A DNA stretch of 64,000 nucleotides from Amoebophrya sp. A120 (taxonomy: Eukaryota > Protista > Dinoflagellata): assembly GCA_905178155.1 (NCBI GenBank), contig CAJINV010000005.1, forward strand, positions 1,731,772-1,795,771, read 5' to 3'. Position numbers and translations under genes: made by a program. Positions 1 through 12,691 of this stretch are shown here, in pieces. Position 1 is the stretch's first letter. Every line of letters begins with the position of its first letter. The notes below the pieces were generated by a model. The model had not been told where the DNA came from and made no database searches. It was given only the letters and a program-made list of their open reading frames with translations.

Positions 1-3000
1 ACGGCGTACTCGGACTGCAGCGTGTGCATGCGCAGCCCGAGCGTGGCGGATTTGAATATGGAGGAGTCTCAAACGCTTTTATATTTTCAACTGCCAGTAC
101 ATGAATTTGTATGTAGAAATGCAAGAACAGCAACAGTGAAGGGGCGACCTTCTACTTGTTCAATAATGTTGCTTGCAAGAACTCTTGCACCACCAATTTG
201 GCACAACGACAGATGCTGTTCTTTAATAGCCCTTTGAGCATTTGTCATGCAATTTAGCTTGATCGTCTGGTAGCTTAGGCTTACGGAATAAATTTTGCAT
301 GACAAATATTAATATTTCGTGTAACAGTTGAGAATCGTATAAAAACTGATTTGAGAACGCCATATGGAAATCCGCGCACGACTTCCGCTATGAACTGCAA
401 AAGTATCGTACTAGTAGTAATTGCAATACAAATTAGCTCAGCATTACAAATGGAATTTGTCATGCTGTTTCGCCTTGGGGTGAAGATTTGTAATGCACGA
501 CTGCGATTGCTACGAGTACGATACTTTTGCACAGGATATCCGCATCTCCGACATGAGCACCACCGCGTGGTGGTTGTTCAGCCACGCGTAGACGAGGAGG
601 AAGGAGACCTATGAATGTGCACAACTCCCCGTCCCCCTCATTTGTATAGCATGAACGGCAATACAAGCATCAGCAAGAATGCCGGTTTTGCATGACAAAT
701 TTGCCAACGAGTGTAGTGCTATTTGGGCTAGTACCAGAACTTGTCATGCAAACAGTGCCACGAGGCAGATGGTGGATCGAAATCGATATGGATTGGGCAT
801 TTTGCATGACAAATGATGGGGAGGGGGAGTTGTGCGGTGTCATAAGACCAGCGCGTAGACGAACAGCCCGATGAGGGAGTTGAAGTAGAGTGCGAACCCC
901 GGGCCCGCGATGTTCTCCGAGTGGATCCGGGTCTTGAAAAAGCTGTAGTACGTGTTCGGGTTCTCCACCGGGCGCGGGATCAGCCGCCCGCGGTGCTGCA
1001 GCCCGGCGGCCTTGTGGTACTCGTAGTTCTCGTCCCCGGGCACCTTGCAGCAGCCGTAGAAGAGCAGTCCCACGAGGAAACAGAGGAGGATCATCACGAA
1101 GCTAATGACGACGCCGCTCGCATACGCATTGTACATGCAGTAGTTCAGGCCCGCGAGCAGCGTGTAGCCCTCCTGGCACTGCAGGCACGTCCGGGGGGCG
1201 ACCAGCAACTCTTCCCACGTCGTCGTGGTCCCGTCGTTGGTGTCGTCGGTCCGCCCCAGGTTGGAAATCGCCTCCGAAATCACGTTCTCGGTGAAAAAGG
1301 CGCCCAGAATTTTGCCGCTCGTCGTGTGCTGCATGCTGATGTGCCCGGCCGTGGCGTCGGTCGGGGTCCCGGCGGTGATGTTGCCCGCATACTTTTCGAT
1401 CAGGGCCATGTCCATCGGACACTCCAGGCACCCCCGGTCCTGGGGACAGGCCTCGCACTGCATCGTGATGTTGTTCCCGTACACCCGGGTCGGATTCCGG
1501 GCGCCCACGTGGCCCTGGTTGGTGCCGAAGGAGACCACCCCGCACTCCTCCTTGGCGACGCAGGAGAGCAGGCAGGAGAAGTAGTGGTCGATCTGCACGA
1601 AGGGGCACTCGGGGGGGCAGAACCCGGCCGCCGAGGCGCGGTTGATGGGGCTGGCGGCGTCGCAGTCCACCTGAAACAGCGTGCGGCAGGGCACGGGGTT
1701 CTTCCCCGAAACGTACCGCCCATCTACCACCTGGACGTACACGCTCTGCCCCAGGGCCTGCTTGTCGCGCCAGTCCTCGGGCTTCAGTTGTGGATCCCCA
1801 AACACCATGAAGTCCGTGGGCAGCCACCGCCGCCGGCTGCGGCCTTCTTCCTCAGCATCCGCGAAACTGTTGTAGTAGTGTCCTTGTCCCATGTGGTAGC
1901 GGTGGGCGAGCACGCCTTGCTCCGCGGCCTCGACGTCGGGAGAAGACGAGGAGGACCGACTACTTCCGGGGGCTCCAGAAAATTCAGCGGAACTCTGCAG
2001 AAGCTGCGGCATCTTGTTCATCTCTCTTGCTTTCAGTCGCTCTAGTGATAAACCTTGTTCACGACCGTCTGTAGTTTCATTGTTTGGAATTTTCTTATTT
2101 CCCAGTAGAGTTTCACCAGCTTTGTTCCCGTACGGTACTGCGAATGGCACCGTCACGTTGGTCGCTCCTTCGCCGGCCGGAATAATCTCGGATATTTCTA
2201 CCGATTGACTGCTGTGCATGTAGTCCAACAACGACCCGTCCTCCGCGTAGTCGTACTGCGCTTGGGAGTTCATCTCCGTCGCTATCAAAGGGAAAAATCC
2301 CCCCTCCCCATATCGAAACGAAGTTTCTGACGCTGGATCTGCGTACACAAATCAGGTCTGTCTTGCTGGAGAGGACTGCAGGCATATGCCAAGCCTGGGT
2401 CGCGAGGTTTTGACGTAGGGGACTAGCATGACAGATATCGGCTCTGTAAGCCCAACAGCATCACAAACCGCCGGCATAATGCGGCGGACTCTCGGGCTTT
2501 GCCTTCCCGCAAGACAGACAGGATTTGTGACCTCAAATCTGCATCACAAATTTTCAGACGAGTGCGTTTTTAATATGGGGAGGGGGGATTTTTCCTCTTA
2601 ATAATCGCCCGTGCCCGGTCCTTTTCCTGCAGGTCTTCCAGGGTCTTGGGGGGATTCTTGTCCACTGCGGTGGTCTCTATTACAGGGAAAAGTGCCCCCC
2701 ACCCCTAAATTGCAAAAATTTGTGATGCGAAGTTTCCAAATGAAAACTTTTTGTCATGCATGAAAGGAGTATGAATCTTTCTGATGCAGAAAGTAGGCGT
2801 GTATCACATCGCTTGCATGACAAGTGCCGCTCTTGCTGGGGTCTTTTGCAATGCAAATTTTTGCTATTCACGATTGAAAACCTGTGATGCAGATAGATGC
2901 AAGAGGGCGAATGTTTCATTTGGAAAGGTTTGCAATACAAATGCTCCCAAGTTCGGGGGTGGGGGCATTTTTCATTGTAATAGTCTCCGACACGTGCACT

Positions 3001-6000
3001 AACACCGACGGCGCGTTCGGAATCACTTCTGCCAGGGACTAGAGCTTTAACACCCGTTAGCATGAGAAGTGGTGAATTTGTAGTGAATTTTGCATGCCAA
3101 ATTGCAGTTGAGCCCGCCGGGACATTGTCCCTCTTGGCCCTGTTCTGGGAAGTAGAAGGCCCTGCACCGCGCAGCAGCCGCGGGCATTTGTGCAGTGGGC
3201 AGCCAGAGGACATGGCCCGGGCGCCGTTCTTTGGGCAGGTTTTTGCGCCTCCGGGTTCTCGCAGAAGAGCACTGCAGCAGCCGCGGCAAAGACGCCAGAA
3301 ATAAAGGCTGCGAAGCGCATACAACTAAGCAAGAAGGCAGGCAAGGACGAAAGGACCCGGCCGAGAGCTTTGACGCATTTTCCCGGCAGGCGCGTGAAAT
3401 CTTGCGGCATTTTCAGCAGAATACAGGCGGGCTTAGGGCAGCAGAGGACTACGCTTTTTCCCCCTTTGCGTTCCTTCTCATGGCCTATCTGTGCACTTTT
3501 TTGAGCACTTTTCTGCGCTAAAGTTTGCTTATCACGGTCGAAAATGGGCGCCCGGTGAATTTTGGGGTGAATTTTGAAAAGGGCGCCGGTGAATTTTGGC
3601 CTCCGGCTCCTTTTCAAAATTCGCTAGCGCGTGAGAAACTCCGGGTTTGGGGGCTTCAAAAAAGTGTCGCAAAAACAAAAAGCCTCAAAATTCACCAAGA
3701 GAATTCTTGACCTGAGAGCCACCTCGAAAAAGACTTGCTCCGGGGGCAAAAACACGCCTGGGGAGTTGTAAGCCGAGCACACCAGGCCAAGCAAGCTAGT
3801 GCCCGTAGCCGAGTCGTGCCTTCCTTTCCACCCGAGGCTACTCCCAGATATCCAATTCCAAGCCACAACCACAACTCGTGAGAGCGCACGTGTTGAACTA
3901 GTGCCCCTGTGTTCAGGCGTCGCCCTCCCTCCCGACCATTCCGGAGAGGAACTTCTGAGGCAGACGCGCAGATGAACAAGAGCCCCACGACCCACACTCT
4001 TTGGTTACATATGCACTACACAGTCCGGCGGGCCCCAGCAAGACCTACCACTACTTCTTTCGGTGCTGCAAGTGCCACCTGGCACCGAGCAGCCCTTCAC
4101 GCTGCGTGAGCTGCTTGGGCTCGTGCCCAGCCCTTTACGCAGCGCACTTCTCTTTTGAAGTGAATGCAAGTCATGCAATACAAATTCACTGCAAATTCAC
4201 CCTTCTGTATGCTAACGACCGTCCAAGGCATAAGCCACTAACACCGACGGCGCGTTCGGATTCACCGAGGCTCCTGCCTGTTGCTGTTGTAGTGTAGACA
4301 ACTGGCTGTCTGTTCCGATCAGATGAGCCCTGGAGCTGAAAATCAGCTGCGTAGAGTTTCTTGCTTCGCTAGAAGTTGTACTCTGTTCGGGGCCACTAAG
4401 CTCGCCATACTCACCTGGCGGCGCGGGCGGAACAAGTCCTCGCGCATCATAGGCCGCGCCACCCCGACCTGCTCGTCCTGTGGTTTCTTTTTTTCCAGAA
4501 GTAGAGGAGACAGAATTTGAAGATGTCCACGACCTTTCTTGCCAGTTCAATCTTCGCTTGTCCGCCTCTTCCATCAGTAGCGCGAAGTCGTGCAGAAAAA
4601 CAGTGGAATTCACTGGCTTCACTCTCATCAAATTCAATATTTGGCTGCTCTTACTGTTCTTGCTAGAAGCACCAGACAAAAAGGATGACACTTGGTCGAC
4701 GAAACCATCCCTGCTGGAATAAGGTATCGTTCCCGCGGACGGAAATGGTTGGTCCGTCCGCCCTGAGCGCTGGTCGTGCAGCCCCAACTGCAAAAAAGCC
4801 TCCTGCCTGTGGTCTGCACCATCGGCAGCTGCACCACCGCCAGGGGGAGTCGCAGAAGCATCTGCCGGAGGAATTTTTCTGGTCGTTGTAGTATCAACTT
4901 CAGTATCTTCACCACCTCCTCCGACCACCGGAGCCGAATTTAGCACCCCGGATTCCTCCTCGGCAGTTTTCCTCAATAGGGCTAGTGTGTTGAACGACTG
5001 CGGTTGTTTGTTCCCGGAACTTGCGGAGTCTGGGCTCCCGCTCGGTTTGGCGGAGCCATTTGATGCGTCCACTTCTGCGAGACCACCTGGCGCGAGTCGT
5101 TCATCTCCTTCGCCAGCTGTGCTCCGCGTCTCCTCGCTCACTCCAGAATTATGCAGTTGTCGTTCGAGCGGGGCCGGTTGTAGACCTCGAGGTGGCTCGA
5201 GATGTTGTGGACGTTGTCCCGGCGCGATCGCGAGCGTCTGTGGCCGAAGATCAGGAAGAGCAACATCATCCTCGTCTTCCACCCTCCAGCGCGGGGCTTG
5301 ATTATAATCCTCATGAGTAAAAATATCAACGTCCCCCACAGTCATGGGAGCCGACGAGGCACCGCCGCCTTCTTGTTGTTCTTCTGATGTGGACAGGGTA
5401 ATCGTGCCCATACCTAAGCCGTTGTTCAATACCAGCGTCTGGATTCTCGCTGCCAGCTCTTCGTCCGATAAAGAGTTCAACGACGTTGTTCCTCCAACAC
5501 CTGGCGCTTGTTGCTCTACCCCTGCTTGGTTCGCCTGGTCTAGCGTCACAGCCCCCCCGGCCACCAGCAAACTATCGTCGTGAGATGTGAGCAAGCCATT
5601 TCTACTAGTACCCAGAACACCAACTGAGGTTGCGGAAGATGATGTTGATGTTCCTCCGTCGGGGTGCACCAGGGCCCCGTTGTGCTTACCGCCGCGGAAT
5701 TCGTGGCTACTGAAATTCACAGCCGCTGTGCGTTCCGGCTGGCGGAGCCAAACCAACTTGTCGACCGCGGCGCTACGCACCTCGAACCGCCCGGGTTTGC
5801 TGTAGATCGGCGCGACCACGTGGCACTCCCGCGCCTCCTTGGTCACCTCGAGACCTCCGTGCAGCATTTCTTCGCCCTGGTTCCGTTGGAAATCTCTCAT
5901 TGCGAGACCATCACTCGTCCCATCCGTGTTTGTCGACGCGGCACCACTGGTGCTCTCCTTTTGTTCAACATCCTCACCGCCTCCACAACAGGCACTGCTC

Positions 6001-6701
6001 GTCGCATCCTCCGCTCTAATCCCCACAGGGTCCACAAAATCCGGCACGGAGGGGGTCACAGACTGACTTGATGCAAGCGGGGACCGCCAAGGTCCACGAC
6101 CACCTTCATGGGGTCCTCGGTCGGACAGCTTTTTCAGCTTGGAGCTGAAACCAGCGTGAAGATCATCTCCTGCGCTTGTTGCTGTTCTTGCGGTAGTACC
6201 CCTCGAGTTTTCTAGTCTCTGTAACCGCAAAGCACCGGCGCGCTGCTGGTGGTTCTCGCGGTGTACCCTTTGTTCTAGTAGAACCGCTGGCGCAGCTCTT
6301 TTTTCATCGCGTGCTGTTCTTCTTCCCCTGCTGTCGTGTTTTAGTACTTCCACTCCCTTATGCAGAAAGGACGAGGACTTCGACTTTTCATCTGCAGAGG
6401 CAGTACTAGATTCCCGTTCAACATCTGGTGCACTGGCCGGACGGCCGCTGCTGAACTTTTTGTTCCTCTTCTCGGTCTTGCTGTCTCCAACGACTTCTTC
6501 ATATGCTTTCTCTGAAGAATCGTCGAGCTTATCCAGCTCTTCGTCTTCCAATTCAGCAAACGTCTTCCGAGTAGGTCGGGACAAAAATAACGCGTCCACG
6601 TTCTTCGTGTAGTAGTAATCTTCTGCGAGTGTCAGAAAAAATACCAGCCGAACCGCGAGTGATCCAACACGTGGCAGCCGTGAGGAAGCTTTTGCCATCA
6701 T
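1..6701 (-). CDS. Large multi-exon membrane protein: N-terminal signal peptide, long low-complexity region, Cys-rich (furin-like) domain, then TM helices resembling TMC/OSCA-like channels; runs off the left edge
   Basis: ORFs 4212..6701 and 840..2348 join in frame through mini-exons after removing elements 3026-4235, 2678-2982 and 2283-2603: ...NAPSVLV-HVSET-TAVDKNPPKTLEDLQEKDRARA-TEMNSQAQY.... Frame continues past 610-844, 389-538 and 57-364: YALVSFLLVYAWLNNHHAVVLMSEMRKSCADFKSATLGLRMHTLQSEYA. The channel assignment rests only on the GPGFALYFNSL motif before TM segments. Confidence 0.75.
57..364. mobile_element. Introner, TATGGCGTTCTCAA family (beta), degenerate left end
   Basis: Ends tatgg..tctcaa / ttgagaacgccata; flanks TTGAA/TGGAA; removal keeps frame. 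Confidence 0.75.
389..538. mobile_element. Introner, TGCAAAAGTATCGTAC family (alpha), 150 bp
   Basis: TIR tatgaactgcaaaagtatcgtac / gtacgatacttttgcacaggata; TSD TCCGC; frame restored. Confidence 0.9.
610..844. mobile_element. Introner, GCACAACTCCCC family (epsilon)
   Basis: About 36-bp imperfect TIR; TSD AGACC; frame restored; can be read as GT..AG by sliding one base into the TSD. Confidence 0.9.
2283..2603. mobile_element. Introner, GGAAAAATCCCCCCTCCCCATAT family (delta-2)
   Basis: About 31-bp TIR; flanks GTCGC/ATCGC; frame restored. Confidence 0.9.
2678..2982. mobile_element. Introner delta-1, 305 bp
   Basis: TIR tattacagggaaaagtgccccc / gggggcatttttcattgtaata; TSD GTCTC; near-identical along its length to 29236-29541. 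Confidence 0.95.
3026..4235. mobile_element. 1.2-kb intronic TIR element flanked by a 30-bp direct repeat of exon sequence
   Basis: Direct repeat 2997-3026 / 4236-4265 (1 mismatch); inverted repeat 3055-3096 vs 4172-4217; internal GGTGAATTT repeats. Confidence 0.85.
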
Positions 6702-7449
6702 TTTCGTGACGAGAGAAGCTGAATAATACTTTAGACAGCCTAATTACCGTGGTTGGGAAATACAAAATTCAAAATCGGGTACGGGTAAGGGATGTTTTAA
6801 GCAAAACGGTAAAACTGTGAGCAGGATTTTCGCGTATCGCAACAGCTGTGTCTTTCACAAACCAAAACTTCCTTCAAATTAATCACACGAAAAACAACAA
6901 ATCCTCGTCCTGAATATGCACTGGACACATAGACTCATCAGACCTGCGTTGTTTGGTTGTAAAAGTCACTGGAATCTTAGGAAGGCGCTGATAAAGCAAT
7001 ACGTAATACCTACAAGGAGTTCATCATCTGGACGAGGACGACATCCAAACGAATGCAGATCCAGAAAAAACGTAAGCACGATGTGAATCAGGACGACGAT
7101 GACGAGCGAACGAGCAAAAACTTTTTTTCTGACCTTCAGACCACGATGCGGGTGAGATATTGGAGAACGATGACAAGGAAACTGAACCGCGACAAGGCTT
7201 ACCAATACCATGCACGTGAGGCACCACGATGTAATTAAAACAAAACATCATCAACAAAAAAAAACTATAGATTTAGATACATCAATAATTTGATTTGCAC
7301 GGCAAGGACGACAACTCTGCTCGGAGTTGTGTGGCAGCAGGCACAGATATCTTCCAGTGGAGTACTCACTCTATCACTCTAGTTGTTGCACAAAGAGCAA
7401 ATCAGCCGACATTTGAGAAACGAGAAACAGGTTTGGACATTTCACATGT

Positions 7450-8005
7450 CAGACTTCAGATCTGGAATCTCAAATCTGGAATCTCAGATCTGGGATCTCA
7501 GATCTGGAATCTCAAATCTGGAATCTCAGATCTAAAGTCTAGAGTCTCAGATCTGGGATCTCAGATCTGGGATCTCAGATCTGGGATCTCAAATCTGGAA
7601 TCTCAAATCTGGATTCTCAACTCTGGATTCTCAACTCTGGAGTCTCAAATCTGGAATCTCAGATCTGGGATCTCAGATCTGGGATCTCAGATCTGGAATC
7701 TCAGATCTGGAATCTCAAATCTGGAATCTCAGACCTGGAATCTCACATCTGGAATCTCAAATCTCAAATCGAAATCTGGAGTCTCGAGTCTCGAGATATT
7801 TCAGATTTGAGGTCTCAGATTTGAGACATTCAGATTTGGGATATTCAGACTCGAGAGATTCAGACTTGAGAGATTCAGGCTTAAGATGTTCAGACTCGAG
7901 GTAGTCAGATCCGGGATATTCAGATTTGGAAATTTGTTGAGACGCCAGCTCAGAGATTTCAGATCTGGCGCCTCACGTCTCACTCTCAGACTTCAGCCAG
8001 ATTTG
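7450..8005. repeat. 14-15 bp tandem repeat (TCAGATCTGGAATC-like)
   Basis: More than 20 copies of the 14-mer up to about 7780, then a diverged, roughly inverted 15-mer after tctcgagtctcgaga. Confidence 0.9.
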
Positions 8006-8139
8006 GGATTGGGGTTGCAGGCGTCAAGCCTCGCGGCTTCTTTCGGGCTCCAAAGATTTCACACCTCGGCACCGCGAGCCTACCCTCAAACCAACCGCCG
8101 GGCGAAGCGGATTGGCTGTGGGCCTCCCAAACCGCCGCG

Positions 8140-9230
8140 GCGGGTTCTGGGCCTTCGGACCTTCTTTCGCTCGCCTCGGGCTTTCGCGTCCGGCCTTCGG
8201 GCCTTCTTTCGGGTTAGTTTTCGAGCGCCTGCGGAACTTCTTTCCGGCTTTCCGGGCTGATGCGTTTGGTTGGGCCTAAACTTTCAGCCATCGCGCCCTC
8301 AATCTTTCGCGCCCCAATCTTGCGGCCCCGAGACCCCAGGGTCCCGGGCGCGCAAGTTAACGCCAGAAGAGCCCGAAAGCGGAAACCAAGCCCGAAAACG
8401 AAAGCCAAGCAGAGCAAGCCTGCCAAGCGACCTGGCCGCGAGAGCCAGCCCCGAAACCGGGACTCAAGTCCGAAAACGGAAACAAGGCCCGAGACCAACA
8501 GCCAAGCTAGTCCGGGGGCGACAGGAAACCAGGCAAGGAAGCGAGAGCCAGGCGGGCACGGAAGCGAAATCGAAAGCCAGGCCCGAAAGCGCCAGCCGCG
8601 CCCGAAAGCGAAGGCCAAGCCCGAAAGCGAAGGGATGGGAGGCCAAGCCCGAAGGCGGAAGCCAAGCCCGACAGCGAAACCAGGGACCAAACCAAGCAAG
8701 CCCCCCCGTCCGAACACGGAGGCCAAGTCTGTCAGAAAGCGAAGCAAGGCCAAGCCCCCCCGAATGCGGAAGGAAGCCAACAAGCCCGAAAGCGGAAGTC
8801 AAGCCCGAAAACGAAAGCCGGGCCCGCAAGCGAAGGCAGAGCCCGCACACGAAAGCCAAGCCCGGAAGCGGAGGCGAATCCCGAAAACGAAAGTCAGGGA
8901 GGCCCGAAAGCGAAGGCCCCGGCAAGTGAAGCCCGAAGGCGAAAGCCAGGCCCGGAAGTATAGGTCGGGCCCGAGAACGAAACCAAGCCCGGGGGCGAAG
9001 CGAACAAAGCCAAGGCCTAAAGCGAAAGCGGAACAAAGCCACGCCTGAAAGCGAAGGAGGGCCATAGCCAAGCGAGCCCGAAAGCAAGGAAGCTAGCGGA
9101 AACCCGGCCCGAAAGCAAAAGCTAGGAAAGCCCGGAGGCAAAAAGCCAAGCCCCCCGAAAACGAAAGCCAAACCCGAAAGCAAAATAAAAGCGAGGCCCC
9201 CCCCCGAAAGCGAAAACCAGGCCCGAGAGC
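8140..9230. repeat. Degenerate GCCCGAAAGCGAAAGCCAA tandem array with a short inverted block at 8140-8260
   Basis: Dozens of cccgaaagc units at 8370-9230; complementary gctttcg/cttcggg units upstream. Confidence 0.85.
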
Positions 9231-10676
9231 AGTGGGGGCGCCTTTTCCGCGGGGCTTCGCTTCGCCGGCGCGCGTGGCGTTCGATTGCGCGGGCGCGCGG
9301 GTGTGTGGCTGGCAGCGGCCGGCGTGGCATTCCGGAATGCGTGCGCCTCGCCGTCGCTTCCGGCCCGGTCGGCCCCTGCCAAAGCGGCCTGGCGGCCGCT
9401 CGGCAGTGTTCGCCCCCAAGGCCTTTGCCACCGCGGGGTCGCGAGGCCGGTCGGTGTACGCCGTGGCGGCGGGTCAGCATCTCCCCGTAATGCGCGCGCA
9501 ACTGCGGACGCCCCCCTTTCGCCACCGTCCTGGCCCTTCTGCCATTGATTACCCCTCCGCCCTTTGCCTGGATATGTGGCGGCAGCCGTCGAGGCTCCGC
9601 TCGCCCGGGCGCGCCCCCGGCGATCTATGTGGCGCTTTTCTTTGGCTAGTGCGGAACCTGCCTCCACGGCCCCCGAGCCTGCCGGGCGGGCAGGGGCTTC
9701 GGCGGCCGGACTTTCGGAAGCGCCCGCCGTCTTGGCTTCCACGCTTCCGTCGCTCCGGTCTTTTTCGCATCATGGGGCGTTCGCCGAGGGGGCGCGCGAG
9801 CGTGCATCTGCTGGCCATTGCCGTGATGCTACGGGCGCCCTCCCCACTGTCCTGCACCTTCTGCCGCTGCCCCCCCGCTCTTTGTCTGGATGCGTGGGCG
9901 ACGCGGAGGCCGCTGGCGTGGCGTGGCGGGGTGCGTCTTCTACGGTCTCTATGGTGTTTTTGGCCGGCTCGACCCTCGTGTCTGTGGCCTTCTCAGCCTG
10001 CCGGACTGGCACCAGAACGGCTTGACTATCGTTATTGATAGTTCTATTTCCCTCGCGCGTTTCTCTGTTTCTCGTTTCTCAAAGATCGGTGGCGACAGGA
10101 CTTGCGCTACTTGTATCTATAAATACTTCAACGAAGTAGAGTGACGATCTTCATTTCTAGCATGTACTTCTACTTCTAAGTGGCATGCGAGCAGCTTTCC
10201 CGAACAAAGCTACATCACAACACGACATTTAGTACGACGCATCAACATCCTGAAGAAGTTGTGATCATCCTCATAGTGCTTCATCTGCACGTGCAGCAGT
10301 AGCTAGCGCGCTCAGGTCAGAAAAATAAATCAAGCGGAGTGTCCAAAGAACGAAGTTCGTTAAGAACGAAGTTCTTTTTTCAGGGTGACACTACATAGGT
10401 AGTACATGATTTTCTTCGCGTACACTGCAGCGTACATCTTTATTTGAGCCGATTGTCATTCTTGGGGAGATCTTCGATGAAAGAATTGCAGCACATACAC
10501 CCAAGCCTCGACAAGATTGTTCATCATCTCGATCTCCGAGGGCTGTCTTCTGTCGCCATTTTCCGTCGGAAAAGCAAAAGCTGTAGAAGATCACATAGAA
10601 GTACACTACACAACTGATCCACGACGTAATATCGTGGCAACGAATGTGATCGCTTGTTCCTCAACTTTTACTCGTC

Positions 10677-12691
10677 CTACCTCGGTGGCCTGACGGCCCC
10701 AGTTCGAATAGTGACAGGTTGCCCCACCTGGTCCAAATCTTCCGTTGCCAGCTGGTTAATCTTCGACGCGGCCTGCGCAATCTTTTCCTTCAGCCCGGCT
10801 GTGGTCACGCTGTCCCTACTGTTCATGATCCTATTTGCAGCAGCAGCTCCACTTGTTCCACCTCCGATGGATGATGATGTTCTACTCCGGCTATGATCTA
10901 GAGTGGACGAAATGTCGGCGCACACCTTCTGAATCTCGGCGTCAATCGCAGACTCCTCTTGCTGCAGACGGTGCGCGTCTTGCTGGTTGGAGGTGCCGTT
11001 TGTCTGCGAAGCTGTCAAGGGTGTACTTGATCCTGCAGATGTCAGCACTCCCGCATGCTGTTGTTCCCGGTGCTGCTTCTGCTGTACTTGCAAATACCAG
11101 TCAACCAAGACGCCAGCAGACACTGCGCCAGCTGTTGAGGAAGCAGAATTAGTAGATGCAGTAGATGTACTAGCTCCACCAACTACCGGACCACTATTAT
11201 TTGATGTGATTCCTGTCGTCATCATCTCCTGCTGCACCTTCGCACCCACTGCCCCGATGATCTTTTGTTCGAACCGGTGAATCAAATCCGACAAAAACGC
11301 CGCCTGCTGTTCGTCCCCGTGGACGGGGGGGATCCCCAGAAGCTTCGCGTTGGTTAGGCTCTCTTGTAGACTCTCGGTGGACATTAGTTTGATTTTATTT
11401 TTGAACAGATCGCCGTTGTTCATATCAAATGCAAAAATGTCTGGGTCTGGAAGATTCCGGGATTTGGGATGCATATTTTGTATGATCCATGATGCATCTA
11501 ATGCATGATCTAGCATCACAGATTTTTAGAGGTCTTTCTGATGCCCATTCTGCATGAGAAATGCCCTCTCCGCGTAACACAAACTGGACTCCTGTTGCTG
11601 GTCACGCAATACAGATTTTTTTGGAATCCAAAGACAGCATGACAAGTTGCAATCTTCCCGACCCAGACATTTTTACATTTCATAGTTCAGATAACTCTGC
11701 ATTTCGCTGATCTTCGCTTGGTGCTGCTCTTGCATTTTTTGCTGCTGCTGCTGCTTGGTGGACGATGTTGATGTTGAACTATGGTCGTGCACCAGCTGCT
11801 GCGCGCTTGAGGAGGTCCTCGCGTGAAGATGTTGTGCGCTTCTGCCGCGGGTTATGGTTATAGTGCCGGTGGGGTTACGACCATTAGTACCCGTATAATC
11901 ATATGGAGTTGTATCACCCCCGGCCGCGAAGGGATTGCTCCTCGAGTTGTAGGGAAACGAACTAGAGCTCGCCGATGCGGTTGGCGTGTGGTCCATCACC
12001 ATCGGCTGATGCGCGCCTTGTGGAACGAAGCCCGTTGGACCAGCCGTTGCTGAAGAGGAACCACTAGAACTATTTCCGCTCCGAACAAGTCCCTTGTTGC
12101 CACTGCTCGCAAGCGTCTCCACTCCGAACTGGGGTATTATGTCCGAAAACAGCCCCCGCGCTGCCGAGGTAGGAGGTTGGTGTGCACCGGCTAGTTCCCC
12201 CGGCTGGTGCTGGGACGACGACGACGATGCCCCGCTGGCAGTCATGAAGACGTTGGTGCGATCTGCTGGCTCGATAATGGAAGATGCCGCCCCGAAACTG
12301 AACTGCGGGCGCGAAGATGAAGGAGCTGCGGATTGATAGGTAGTTTTGAGTGGAACAAAATGTTGCAATTTTAATGCTTGCGATATGAAATCATTCATCC
12401 TCCCCTAGTAGCAAGAGAAAAATTGATGCCATGCCCAGGCATGGAAAGAAAGAAAGAAGGAAAGAAAGTAGCAAGAGAATGAAAAAGAGGCGCGACCATG
12501 ATGTGAAGTGATGCACTACTATCGCACGCTATTATAGAAGAAGTCACCCTCCTACCTCTCTCAAAGCCACCGCCCCTGCCGCCCGTGATAAGCTCATCTC
12601 GGTCGAATCGTACGCGCAATGGGCTCTTCGGAACGCTCAGATCGGCGGTTGAAGGATACAATGCCTCCGAGGATTCCGCAGGTGCAGGCAT
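10677..12691 (-). CDS. Hypothetical Ser/Gln-rich protein, 3 exons
   Basis: Exon MPAPAES..GRR; canonical GT-AG intron 12405-12547; exon GRMNDF..QSYLN; introner 11423-11684; exon NGDLFKNK..PPR-stop; all in frame. Confidence 0.75.
11423..11684. mobile_element. Introner, TATCAAATGCAAAAATGTCTGGGTC family (gamma)
   Basis: TIR with gacccagacatttttacatttcata; TSD GTTCA; frame restored. Confidence 0.92.

Larger units (their letters stand above)
7412..10083. mobile_element. 2.7-kb non-autonomous foldback-like element
   Basis: Perfect 19-bp TIR tttgagaaacgagaaacag (7412-7430) / ctgtttctcgtttctcaaa (10065-10083); interior is tandem repeats plus GC-rich DNA; no clear TSD. Confidence 0.75.

Noticed and set aside
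7295-10038. Long ORFs on both strands, including Lys/Arg/Pro-rich histone-H1-like 8260..9048
   Set aside because: They arise from stop-free GC-rich tandem repeats, are open in several frames and show no domain signature.
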